From assembly GCA_951406725.2 (NCBI GenBank), contig OX597819.1, positions 68,324,001 through 68,388,000 of the forward strand: a stretch of DNA of 64,000 nucleotides, written 5' to 3'. Position 1 is the stretch's first letter. Each line of letters opens with the position of its first letter. A program made the position numbers and the translations under genes. The stretch is from Octopus vulgaris (Eukaryota). This document shows positions 52,627 to 64,000 of the stretch, piece after piece. The notes beneath the pieces were generated by a model. That model did not search any database. It worked only from the letters and a program-made list of their open reading frames with translations, and had not been told where the DNA came from.

Positions 52627-52910
52627 ATACTCGGATCTTTTCCTTTCGAACGGCAGTTTTCAACAAAATTTCTATTTAACTAAACACTTTTAAACTTCGT
52701 ATACTGGTGGAATGTGTCAAAATAACACATTTTTTTCTCTTGGCTTTCTTGAGAAAATTGTAATTTGTGAGTTTAACGTAGTTTAATTTTTCGAATTTTA
52801 AACAATGAATCGCCTCTATTGAGCTAAAATCATTTGCTGCGTCTAAAACTGAGACAACATCCTGTCACTAGCCCTAACTCTAACCCTAACCCTAACGCTA
52901 ACCGTAACCC
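52627..52910. mobile_element. Non-coding insertion in the Gypsy RNase H region, ending in degenerate (CCCTAA)n
   Basis: Pol homology stops after ASRSLIA and resumes at TANRLQHWGRILL. About 7 telomere-like hexamers at 52869-52910. Confidence 0.6.
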
Positions 52911-54123
52911 ATACGGCAAATAGGTTACAACACTGGGGTAGGATATTGTTGAATAACAACTTCAAGATGGCGTATATACCATCCAAGAAGTTAGGCCATG
53001 CGGATTGTTTATCACAGTTAATTCCAGAAAATACGGAATTATTCGAAGATACTGTGATTGTCGCATTGCGAACGGAAATGAAATGAAAGACATTTTGAGT
53101 AACGTCATTCGGGAGCTGCCAGTATCTGATCAAGATATAAAATTTGAAATCGGAGAACGACAAATTCATTCCAAAGATAGAAGAAACGTTGAAGGTAAAA
53201 GAAAATAAAAATACACGTAACACCAATGCGAAACGTTTTTCTCAATGTGATAAGGTGTTGATGTACGCTCAAAGATTTGTAGTGCCAGCCGCACTACAAA
53301 AGCGTGTATTAAGTGAATTTCATATGGGACATACAAGGATTTCAAGATTGAAATCAGTAATCGTGTATCGGTTTACTATGGGCCGTGAAGATGAACTATA
53401 GTGTTTGTGAGAGGTTTGAAGTCAATCACATCTCTACTCCACCATACAACCCGAAATCAAATGGGCAAGCACAAAGTTTCGTAGACATTTAAGCGACCAC
53501 TAAAAAAACATCAGGAAATGAATTAAGCTATGATGCAGCACTAACTCAATTCTTAAGGGTTTACAGGGTAAAACCTAACCCGAACATCTGTTCAGGTAAG
53601 TCGCCCGCAGTGCTAATGTTTGCCAAGAACATAAAATAAATCTTTGATAAACTATTACCTACAAAAAAACATCTGAGAGAGAAAGGCCATGAAACACAAC
53701 AAAGAATTTTCATGTGTGAGATGAAGTTTATTTCAAAATATATAAGAATTGAAGACAAGGTTGGGAGAACGATATAGTGACGGAAAGAATAGGCAATATG
53801 ATGTACATAAGATAGGAAAGCATAAATGACATTTGAACCAGTTGAAGATGAGACATAGCGAAGAAAGAGACGAAACACTGATGGAAGTTTGTAATGAATT
53901 GTTCGATGTTCCAACGTCAAAAGAGGTTGGACGTAGGCGGATCAGCAGTAGAAAACGTAAACAAACAGAACGAATAGAAATAGTCCCTAAGCGCAAGAAG
54001 CACTGAAACATCTAACGAAATTAAAATTTCAAGAAAGGGAGAGGCGATGATGAAAAACAAAATAGAATAAAATTAGATAAACAAGTTGCACTTCATACAG
54101 AAGTCAAATCTCAAAAGGGGAGA

Positions 54124-54443
54124 TGTTATAGCGAGAATCATGACACCTCCTGTGAGAACAGACTAGCCGAATTCGTAGAAGTAGCAGCGTTTTGGGCTGA
54201 CAGAGAGGTGGCAAAGCGCAGGAAGTTGAAAGGTGTCATTTGTGAGTTCATGGAGTCGCAGGAAATTGTTGAGAAGTTGCTATAGTTCGTTGAGAGTTAT
54301 TTTGGATTGGTTACGTTTGTTGGTGGAGTATCAGGGACTCCCTTAAATGGAGACAGTTGATGTCTACTTTGTTCCGTCGATTTGTATATCACACTATTAT
54401 TAGTGCATGACATCAAGATGAAATATACCCAAATCACGTTACT
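54124..54443 (+). repeat. 3' LTR
   Basis: Follows the PPT; homologous to 50166-50483. Confidence 0.85.
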
Positions 54444-54559
54444 AAATAGTCATCATTTGAATGCAGCCTTGTTATATTACAGTGAAATAATTGTATAATA
54501 TTAGAGGGATATATTGCACAACAAAAATCATAATCAATGATCGGAATTATCATTTAAAT

Positions 54560-54810
54560 AAAAAAAAAGTAAAGATCCTTCTCGAGACCTATAGATTCAT
54601 AGAGCCGGTTTCCCGGTTTCCATGGCGTATATATTCCCCGCCTGGACGGGACGCCGGTATGTCGCAGGATTACTCACTTTTGCCAGCTGAGTGGACTGGA
54701 GCAACATGAAATGTAGCGTTTTGCTCAAGAACACATCTCGTTACGCGGTCCAGGAATCGAAACCACAATCTTACGGTCATGAGTTCAGCACCTTATTCAT
54801 TGTGCCACGA
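54560..54810 (-). mobile_element. SINE with a family C head/CORE-like segment and a V-domain-like segment
   Basis: Minus strand ...GTTCTTGAGCAAAAC...CCTGCGACATACCGGCGTCCCGTCCAGGCGGGG, resembling the V-SINE motif CCTGCGATGGACTGGCG.CC.GTCCAGGG from memory. Related copies at 59022-59173 and about 42190-42370. Confidence 0.6.
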
Positions 54811-55390
54811 CACTGTTAAATGAAGTACACAAATCATCGACATAAAGGGTTTAGCTATATGGTGTATCGTCAGAGCCCAAAACCTATATATTTAGTGGTG
54901 TTAGCGCCAACCTGTGTTTAGGTATGTCCGAACTTTAGGTTAGCTAAAATATGTTTGTGAGATATTTCAAAATCGAAAGGCAAATACATTGAAGTTACCA
55001 TGGAGAAAGAATTCTCCGTTAAGGTAGGTGTGAAAGCACCATAACTTCCTAGTTCTGCCGCCTGTTGGATTCCAAGACGCAATGTTTCTAGTTCTTAGCT
55101 GTTACCAATAGGGAATATCGAAGAGGGGTAAATCTGCGCAGGCTCAAAGCTGTAGCTTTGATTAAAACATAATCGACAAACAATGATCAAGTTGCGATGT
55201 TAGACTGCCAGATCGGGAACAATTCAGGAGCATCAGCAATAAGCAGTGATTAGGCTTTTAGTGTACTTTAGTTCAGTTAAAAACCTTTGAGAAATATTTC
55301 AAGTTTTAAAGGTAAATTCACTACAATTCTGCAGGTGAAACAATTCTGAGTTTTAGTCAGACGCAGTATTTATATATATATATATATATA

Positions 55391-55822
55391 AACTTAGATA
55401 AACTTAGATATGTTTCGACCAAAGATCGGTCCAAAACATGTCTAACTTAATAGCACATCCTGATAGGATTATCTAAATCCTGTTTAAGTCAAGTTTTGTT
55501 TATGGTCCATTCAAGTAGTGAGTTTTTGTTGGGTGAGTTGTATCCAATTATGGGTGGCTTATCTGGTATTCCTTGAAGGAATCTATCCAGACTCCGTTTA
55601 AAGTTGATAGGATCCTTTTCCTCTTTGATCTCTTTCGGGACAATTTTAAATAGGGCAGGGCCTGTTGAGGAAAAGAAATTTGTTGCAGTATACGTGTATG
55701 CTGTGGTCCTGAATTAGGCAGGGTACGTATGGTTCCAGTCTTGGATGAACCTTGAAGCTAATGTTCAGGTCGTTTGGGCAAAGTTGGCGGTATATTCTCC
55801 ACATCGTACAAATGATGTACCG
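55391..55822 (-). mobile_element. 3' end of a second CR1-group LINE, flanked by (TA)n
   Basis: Minus-strand [18 protein letters not shown]...GPALFKIVPK...FKRSLDRFLQGIPDKP...NSLLEW aligns by eye with the 33590-33960 C-terminus. Tail (TATCTAAGTT)2. Confidence 0.8.
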
Positions 55823-55877
<55 letters not shown>

Positions 55878-55934
55878 TATATGCCATTTGTTGTGTTACC
55901 GCTACTGTTTATAACTCGCTCTGAGATTTATCAT

Positions 55935-55967
<33 letters not shown>

Positions 55968-56249
55968 GTATATATTTATATATATACAAAAGGGGGCGTA
56001 ACTCTAATTTCTTCCCTTTCTCCGTTTTTGTTCGCCCTTCAACTTTTGCATCTACATTCTCGTTCTTCCTTCGATTTCTCTTGTACCAGCATACTGATAT
56101 GCGAATTAAATAGACCATGTGCTCAGAGCATGAATATATTGCATGGGGACACAAAGCGTCTTATAAAAACGTGTCTAGACCCGCGTCTCCAAACAAGAAA
56201 CTATTAATAGCTCGTAACTTTATACTGTGTTCATTAAATGATATGTTTT

Positions 56250-56450
56250 TTATTCTCTTATCCTCTTACTTGCTTCAGTTATTTGACTGCGGTCATTCTG
56301 GAGCGCCGCCTTAGGTCGAACCATTCAACCCAGGACTTATTCCGTCGGTCACGTTTGCCGAACCTCTAAGTTACGGGAACGTAAACACAACAACATCGGT
56401 TGTCAAGCGCTGGTGGGGGACAAACACAGACACAAACACAAATATATACA

Positions 56451-56496
<46 letters not shown>

Positions 56497-56688
56497 TATG
56501 TATGTATGTATGTGTGTATACACGACGGTCTTCTTTCAGTTTCCGTCTACCAAATCCGGTCAAAAGACTTTGGTCAGCCCGAGGCTATAGTAGAAAATTC
56601 TCGCTAAAGGTGCCACACAGTGAGCCTGATCTCTCGGAACCATGTGGTTGGGAAGCAAGCTTCTTACCACACAGCCACTCCTGCGCCT
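56250..56688 (-). mobile_element. SINE B, full copy
   Basis: Reverse complement collinear with 62685-63167. Confidence 0.85.
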
Positions 56689-56762
56689 AAATATATACAT
56701 ATACAACATATACTTCTTCAAACTGCGAAAGCCATTTCTTACGTTCATATTTTCTTCAATTG

Positions 56763-56965
56763 TAAGGCGGCGAACAGGCAGAATCGTTAGCACGCCCGGT
56801 AACATGGCTTAGCGACATTTCGTCCGTTTTTACATTCTTAGTTCAGATTCCGCCATTCAGCCTTTCAGGATTGATAAAATCCGTACCCGTCGAATACAGG
56901 AATTGATGTAACCTACATACCCACCTCCGAAATTCTTCACCTTGCGCTAAAATGCGAAACCATAT
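56763..56965 (+). mobile_element. Degenerate SINE A
   Basis: AAGGCGGCGAACAGGCAGAATCGTTAGCACG head. Confidence 0.65.
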
Positions 56966-57570
56966 TTCATTAAATTGAGGTTATTCAGATTTACTGAACC
57001 AATGAGATTTATCTACGGTGGTCACGTGCTGAATTATAGGAGCAAGGGACAACAAACACTAATATAGGAGTTGTAGTCTGAGTATTCTAATTTTCCATTG
57101 GCTGATATCGAACAGGCTAACAGAGATCTGGTATTTTCTTGTTAATGATATATTATTGATTTTTTCAGACAGATCTTAGATTTTGTTATGGAATGGTGAA
57201 TGGCACACTTAAATTGATTCAGCTATAGCATACTGTTTCTGATTGATATTTTATCAATGTAGAGAGGATGGAAATCAAACATGATCTTATCTCTAATTGA
57301 TCTTTTAGCGGAGAAGCAGCATACTAGATAACCTTCAGTGATGAACTACGCTGACCTGCTCTTAGCATCATCTATATCCCAGTTTAGAAGATACATATAT
57401 AGACGCACAGACACACACACCACATACACGCACATCCACCCACACTCACACAAATACACATACACACACAACTACGAAATTGAGCTCACAAAAATATATA
57501 CATACACATTTGCTTACATACATACATTTATATATAAATATAAATGTGTACCCATGTGTGTTTACGCGTA

Positions 57571-57615
<45 letters not shown>

Positions 57616-57980
57616 ATCGATATACAAATATATGTATTTATATACATATGAAAGTATATATATATATATATACATCAATTTGTGTTACAAGATTCCTGTT
57701 ATGAAATCGTGCGTAGAAACAGATATTGTATCTTCTTATTTTTAAAAATTTTAACTCATGTCCATCGTCCACCAATGTACATGAGTTAAAATACAAAGAC
57801 AAAGAAATAAGAACAGTAATAAACAATAAACAAGGGAATAACAAATATCTAGTGCGTGTGTTTAAAATGACCATCTCGAAATACAACAATATATATATAT
57901 ATATATATATATTGATAAAACGGTAAGATAACAAAAGAAAGAAAGAGACCTCAATATTATGTAAATAGAGGAAATTTATC

Positions 57981-58201
57981 TATACAATATGTTACATTAC
58001 TCGATAGTCAAGATAAAACTCTGAGTTTCAGATGCCGAAGTGGTAATCCACAACACCATCTCTTCGGTTATCTGGCTATTTGAAAACGTTATGAAAAAAT
58101 ATCGTTAAATAAAGGGAAATTACTCTGTTATAACTCTGCTTGCCTGCGTACTTATACATCGCTCGCATTTTTCGTCATAAAAATTATATAAAAATACATA
58201 A

Positions 58202-58269
<68 letters not shown>

Positions 58270-58526
58270 TTATATATTTTTATATATATATTTTTTATAT
58301 ATTTTTTATGTATTTTTATATAATTTTTATGACGAAAAATGCGAGCGATGTATAAGTACGCAGGCAAGCAGAGTTATAACAGAGTAATTTCCCTTTATTT
58401 AACGGTATTTTTTCATAACGTTTTCAAATAGCCAGATAACCGAAGAGATGGTGTTGTGGATTTCCACTTCGGCATCTGAAACTCAGAGTTTTATCTTGAC
58501 TACCGAGTAATGTAACATATTGTATA
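57981..58526. repeat. Near-perfect inverted repeat (about 225-bp arms, TA spacer) of a PLE-type terminal repeat, each arm carrying a hammerhead
   Basis: Arms 57981-58205 and about 58301-58526 differ at only a few positions. Confidence 0.9.
58434..58496 (+). ncRNA. Type I hammerhead ribozyme variant (mirror copy on minus strand at 58011-58073)
   Basis: Stem I AGAUAA/UUAUCU; core CCGAAGA (U4C); stem II GAUG...CAUC; bulged U; GAAA; stem III ACUC-A-GAGU; GUU triplet. Confidence 0.7.
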
Positions 58527-58551
58527 TATATATGTATATATATATATATAC

Positions 58552-58817
58552 TAAGGGCATTACTATACGTAAATGACTCACACTAGGAGGGACTCTTAAA
58601 GTCAAAACTACCATAATAGACACATTTTACTGAACGCGAGAGAATGCAACTCTCGAATCGAGCATCTTAAAAACAGATTCAGCCGCAGATCATCTGTTTT
58701 GAAGATGCTCTCTTCGAGAGTCGCTTTCCCTCGCGTTCGGGAGAATGTGCTTAATATGATAGTTTTGACTTTAAGATTCCCTCTTAAAGTGAGGCATTTA
58801 TGTATACTAGCCCTTAA
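58552..58817. mobile_element. Fold-back MITE-like element (about 265 bp)
   Basis: Pairings TAAGGGC/GCCCTTA, CTTAAAGTCAAAACTA/TAGTTTTGACTTTAAG, GAACGCGAG/CTCGCGTTC and GAGCATCTTAAAAACAGAT/ATCTGTTTTGAAGATGCTC. Confidence 0.75.
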
Positions 58818-58925
58818 TACAAATAAATATATTTAAAGGGAATAATTAATAATTTTTCCCTTTCCTCCACCTCTCTATTTCGTATCTTATCTAAATTAAC
58901 TATTGCTTAACCATTTTCTCCCCCC

Positions 58926-58973
58926 GCCTCCGATGAAGGGATATAAGAGATATCCTAGAAACAGCTGTAAGAC
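58926..58973 (+). ncRNA. Hammerhead-like motif in a PLE pLTR fragment
   Basis: CCGAUGA-A-GGGAUAU(AAGAG)AUAUCCU-A-GAAACAGCUGUA; palindromic stem III ACAGCUGU; imperfect stem I. Confidence 0.55.
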
Positions 58974-59021
58974 CGATTTATAAATATTCTGAAATCTACA
59001 GAGCCTTGATTTGTTTTTATC

Positions 59022-59173
59022 GCATTACTCATTTTTGCCAGCTGAGTGGACAGGAACAACGTGAAATGAAGTGTTTTGCTCAAGAACACAACGCGTCGCC
59101 CGGTTCAGGAATAGAAACCACAATCTTAAGATCATGATGCTGACAGCCTAACCACTAAGCCACGCGCATCCAC
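59022..59173 (-). mobile_element. Truncated SINE (family C head)
   Basis: Homologous to 54670-54810. Confidence 0.65.
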
Positions 59174-59174
59174 A

Positions 59175-59233
<59 letters not shown>

Positions 59234-59235
<2 letters not shown>

Positions 59236-59782
59236 ATAGTTTTATTTTTTTTAGCGTGCTTTCACTTCACTACCGAGCGCAGCTCTGTGTGCCTTGGGTA
59301 TGTGCTGTGATTTGTTGTGATGCTCTGATGGTTATTGTATGGAAAGTGTTCTGCGTAGGATGTGGGCAGTGCCTAGTAGTGCAATTTTCTGTATGTTATA
59401 TGTGTTTGTAAGTCCTGGTGTTTTTGTTATGTATTTGTCTGAATATTTTTTTATCATGCCTAATGCACCTACTATGATAGGAATTGTTTCTGTTTTCAGG
59501 TTCCACATTCTAGTTACCTCTATTTCCAGGTCTTTGTATTTTGAGAGTTTCTCCATTTCTTTTAGAGACACGTTGTCATCTGCCGGTATTGATACATCAA
59601 TTAGAAAGCATTTTTTTTCTTCATGATCTCTGACAACTATATCTGGTCTGTTGGCCTTAATTTCTCTATCTGTGTGTATCGGCATATCCCAGAGTATGGT
59701 TGCTTTCTCGTTTTCTGTGACCTTTTCTGGTGTGTGCCTATACCATCTTTTTTCTGTTGTTATTCCATAATGTTGGCATAGC
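59234..59782 (-). mobile_element. 5'-truncated Dong/R4-clade LINE: restriction-like endonuclease domain plus 3' UTR, inside (TAA)n
   Basis: Open ORF ...ILWDMPIHTDREIKANRPDIVV...FLIDVSIP...EKLSKYKDL...PIIVGALG, a PD-(D/E)xK restriction-like endonuclease. (TTA)n at 59177-59233 and 59783-59853. Confidence 0.92.
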
Positions 59783-59854
<72 letters not shown>

Positions 59855-60662
59855 TAGGCGGATAAAATGGCCGAATTAACTGTTAACAAACTTTTCGTAT
59901 TCGTTGGCGGACTAGATGTATTTGCTTTGCATTTGCAATTAGCGGATCCAGTCAATTGTACGGATCATTGAAAATCCAAACGATAAAGCCTAATGTACTT
60001 ACGTCACCTGGACCATGATAGCGTGTGTGATTTGAGGTTGTGACGTCGCTTGAAACGCTTTACATGTGTTAATACAAATGCGCTGAATCTATTCAAAGGT
60101 CTTCAATTAACAGCCTTTAAAGTTATATTCAGATATACTTATTGCTTTACCTCAATTTGTTAGCATTATCTAATTAGGATCAGTGCTAATGACAAACTCA
60201 ACTCCAAAGGCTATCGATGTTATAGCTACAACGTTCATTGACACCTGTAGATATGGGTCAGGTATCTGTAACCGAATTTACGTTTGAGCAGATCTCTACT
60301 TGCTACGTGTTCTTCTGTTCTACGTGTTCTTCTTCTTAAGATTGTGGTAAATTGATTTGATTTAACATGATACAAATGCCATCATACTAACCACATGTGT
60401 AAACTTCATCGAAAGTAAGGATGACGAATTCCTACAAGTCTTTCATATTGTCAACTCTTTGGCTAGATCTTCACAATTGCCATGTTCACCTTGGAAAGCG
60501 AATATGCAAAAGCATAAATAATACCCTGTTTGCACAAACGCACACACAGTAACACAGTAACACACATACATGTATATAAAGACATATATATAAATATATG
60601 TATGTAGCTAAGTATCTATCTATCTGTCTACCTCTCTATTTATCTCTATCTCTCTCTATATA

Positions 60663-60724
<62 letters not shown>

Positions 60725-60779
60725 TATATAATATAATATATATATAATAGTATATATATATATATATATATATACATAT

Positions 60780-60946
<167 letters not shown>

Positions 60947-61223
60947 TATTAGGAAGAGCATAGTTATCGAACATCGGCACAATGAAATGAAAGCCAAACA
61001 AAGGCTGCAGCATAGGTGTTTACCTAAGTTTTCAGTGTTAAAGCTTTGAAAAGCATTTACATATTCTGTCAAATAACAAACGTTTCCATACTTAAAGATG
61101 TGGAAGTGCCAATCCTATTTAACTGAGTGTCTCATTCCTTCTCTCTCCCTCTCCCTTTCCTTCTCTCCTTCCATATACATGCTTGCACAATATATACCAT
61201 ATATATATACACACACACACACA

Positions 61224-61266
<43 letters not shown>

Positions 61267-62014
61267 AGAGAGAGAGAGAGAGATTTGTGTGGCTGTCACA
61301 GAAGACTCTCTTACGGACTCTGCTAACACTCTATATAATAAATGAATACAGTGAAATCCAATTTACAATGTCGTTGAAGCAGTTGAAATTCTCAAGATTC
61401 AATCGATGTAGTATTTGATGGGGAATAAATAAACCATGAAAATCCGTAGGTATGAGAGGGGAATGTATATGTATTTAAATACCTGACATTCTTAAGGTAT
61501 CGAATGTAATCACGCCATCGCGGTTAAGTGTGACATTGACGAAATCCTTATTTTGAACCTCTCCTTATCATACACCATACTGTAAATAATATGCATATAC
61601 ACCAATGTTTAGAGTTCAATTTATCCCGTCTGTACAACTAAACCTAAGCACACATACACATATACACATATACATGCATATATGTTTATATAATGGGGCT
61701 GCAAACTCGTGTTCGAATACTATCATCGCTTCATCGAAAGTCTCACACATGTGAAGGCTACAACTATCCATATTTATGAGAGGTTTTATTTCAAGCGATG
61801 CCTGAGCATGGCGATTTTTTATTCTGGGGAAATGATTTGCACGAATCCAATCTCACTTTCTGTACATGGACAACATAAACTTGAAAAGAAAAACTAATCT
61901 ACATCATCGAATATTGTCATGTTTTCTGTGAGTTTCCCTTTCTTCGAAAGCTGTTGTGACAACAACCGAGGGTCCCCGTTGATATATACATGCGTACATA
62001 CACATATAATACAT

Positions 62015-62232
62015 ATTCTTTTCTACTCTAGCCACAAGGCCGGATATTTTGGGGGAGGGGGGGCAGTCGATTAGATCGAACCCAGTACGCAACTGGTACA
62101 TAATTTATCGAACCCGAAAAGATGTAAGGCAAAGTCGGCCTCGGCGGAATTTGACATTAGGACATAAAGACAGACGAAATATCACTAAGTAGTTCGCCCG
62201 ACGTGCTAACTTTTCCGCCCGCTCGCCGCCTT
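62015..62232 (-). mobile_element. SINE A copy
   Basis: Reverse family A copy with the alternative tail. Confidence 0.8.
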
Positions 62233-62474
62233 ACACATGTATACATATTGTTGGATGACTGCTTATGAGTTTTTCCGCCCCTTCTCAGGTTTTATTTTTC
62301 GTCCTGGGAATGACTAACAATCACCCTTCTCGCCAAGCAAGCTTGATGGATTTCCCAGTTTAGTCGCCGTCGACCCGATCATGCAACAGATTGTATTGGG
62401 TTACATGTTACCAGTGGTGTCAAAGACCGACCATGACTACGTACATGTACACATACATATATACATACATACAT

Positions 62475-62526
<52 letters not shown>

Positions 62527-62684
62527 CACATACATAAAGGGTTGAACAAATGACCATAGATGGTTATGGAATATATATACATGAGATGTTAAGTAATATT
62601 AAATGATAAAATCAAGCTTTCACAGCTGTTTCCATGAATAATGGATACACTTACGTATATTATATAATTAGGGGTAAAAACCAT

Positions 62685-63167
<483 letters not shown>

Positions 63168-64000
63168 TCAAATGTATATAGACAAAGATAATGAACCATG
63201 GTAGATAAGCACATTCATATATCTAAACATAGAATATCGTTATCAGAAGGCATAATGGCAAAGAATGGGGAGGTAATAATATCCGAAACGTTGAGAAATT
63301 AGACAAAGATAGAGAAACATATAATGAAGTTATTTTTAGAGAAATTAAACTAAGAATAAAGAATGTGAGAACGCGAAACCATAAGAGAAAGGTGTGTCAG
63401 CTGAGAAGAAACGCAGAAAATACAAGGAGGGTGGATCTGTGGTTCAGTTTGAAAGGAGGAGACAAAGAGGGCATTAACATGAAGGTATAGAAGAAATAGT
63501 AAGGATTACGTGTAAATAGATATAGAGAAAGGAAAATGGGAAACGGAAAATGTAGAAAGATCTGTTGGCTGATGTACAATACCAGACCTGATATGAGCAT
63601 GATTTATAAAAGCCCAGTTTACTGTGATAAACCTGTGACTTGTGTGTTTGTTGTTGTCTGGTCTGTGGTGGTGATTGAGTTGAGGAATGATAATGCTTCT
63701 TGTGCTGCTTGGAGAAGTAATTAAACAACACCTACGAACATTTAACAAGAGATTTTCTCATTGCACATACAGTGATTATGCGGCTTGCACAGTGTAATTG
63801 CAAACAATTTTGCTATATTCGTGGTGACGGAGGTTTTTTCAACTCACTGAGCCGCCCGTGTGGATTTCCGGTTTGGGAAGAATTGAGACACATCGTATAA
63901 CTGCCCTAGCATTATTCAATTAATTAACGGCACAAGCGACCTTGTAGAGAGTGAATACAAGATGGAGATTTTAGAAAATTGAGTCTCAGGATGGATTAAT

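Larger units (their letters stand above)
50166..54443 (+). mobile_element. Decayed Ty3/Gypsy LTR retrotransposon (Mag-like organisation)
   Basis: LTRs at 50166-50483 (TG...CA) and 54124-54443. PBS-like AAAGTGACGACGAG at 50484; PPT AAAAGGGGAGA at 54113-54123. Gag (FSYNSEAGITLSAFFRRYEEIF), protease LDTGSDIT (about 51343), RT YLGDVL, RNase H IVVASENSEYSIGAVM and integrase-region LSEFHMGH occur in Gypsy order. Many stops and frameshifts. Confidence 0.9.

Noticed and set aside
52869-52910. True telomere or chromosome fusion site
   Set aside because: Only about 7 degenerate hexamers in one orientation, inside a transposon.
50161-54448. Target-site duplication of the Gypsy element
   Set aside because: Flanks AAAAC and AAATA do not match cleanly; the element is too old to call a TSD.
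58140-58367. Two ORFs on opposite strands with identical N-termini
   Set aside because: A by-product of the inverted repeat and its TA spacer.
63380-63800. Possible host exon or LINE endonuclease remnant (also about 39960-40330, 43460-43830 and 46570-46960)
   Set aside because: Only faint, frameshifted resemblance to retroelement proteins and no convincing spliced ORF. Needs a BLASTX/HMM search.

Overview
AT-rich eukaryotic DNA, intergenic or intronic, dense in microsatellites and made almost entirely of transposable elements. The tRNA-derived SINE families resemble those I recall from octopod cephalopods (inference; no search run). I can support no host protein-coding exon. Elements present: several tRNA-SINE families, Tc1/mariner remnants, CR1-group and R4/Dong LINEs, a decayed Gypsy LTR element, and many Penelope-like element (PLE) fragments. 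The standout is an 8.4-kb array (about 18575-26982) of near-identical, non-coding 534-bp units in two head-to-head inverted blocks, sitting in (TA)n. Each unit carries a complete type I hammerhead ribozyme with a palindromic, dimer-type stem III (15 intact motifs, 1 with a mutated core). This is a candidate retrozyme / circular-RNA retroelement. Several other hammerhead-bearing PLE terminal-repeat families occur elsewhere in the window. Coordinates of degenerate repeats are approximate.
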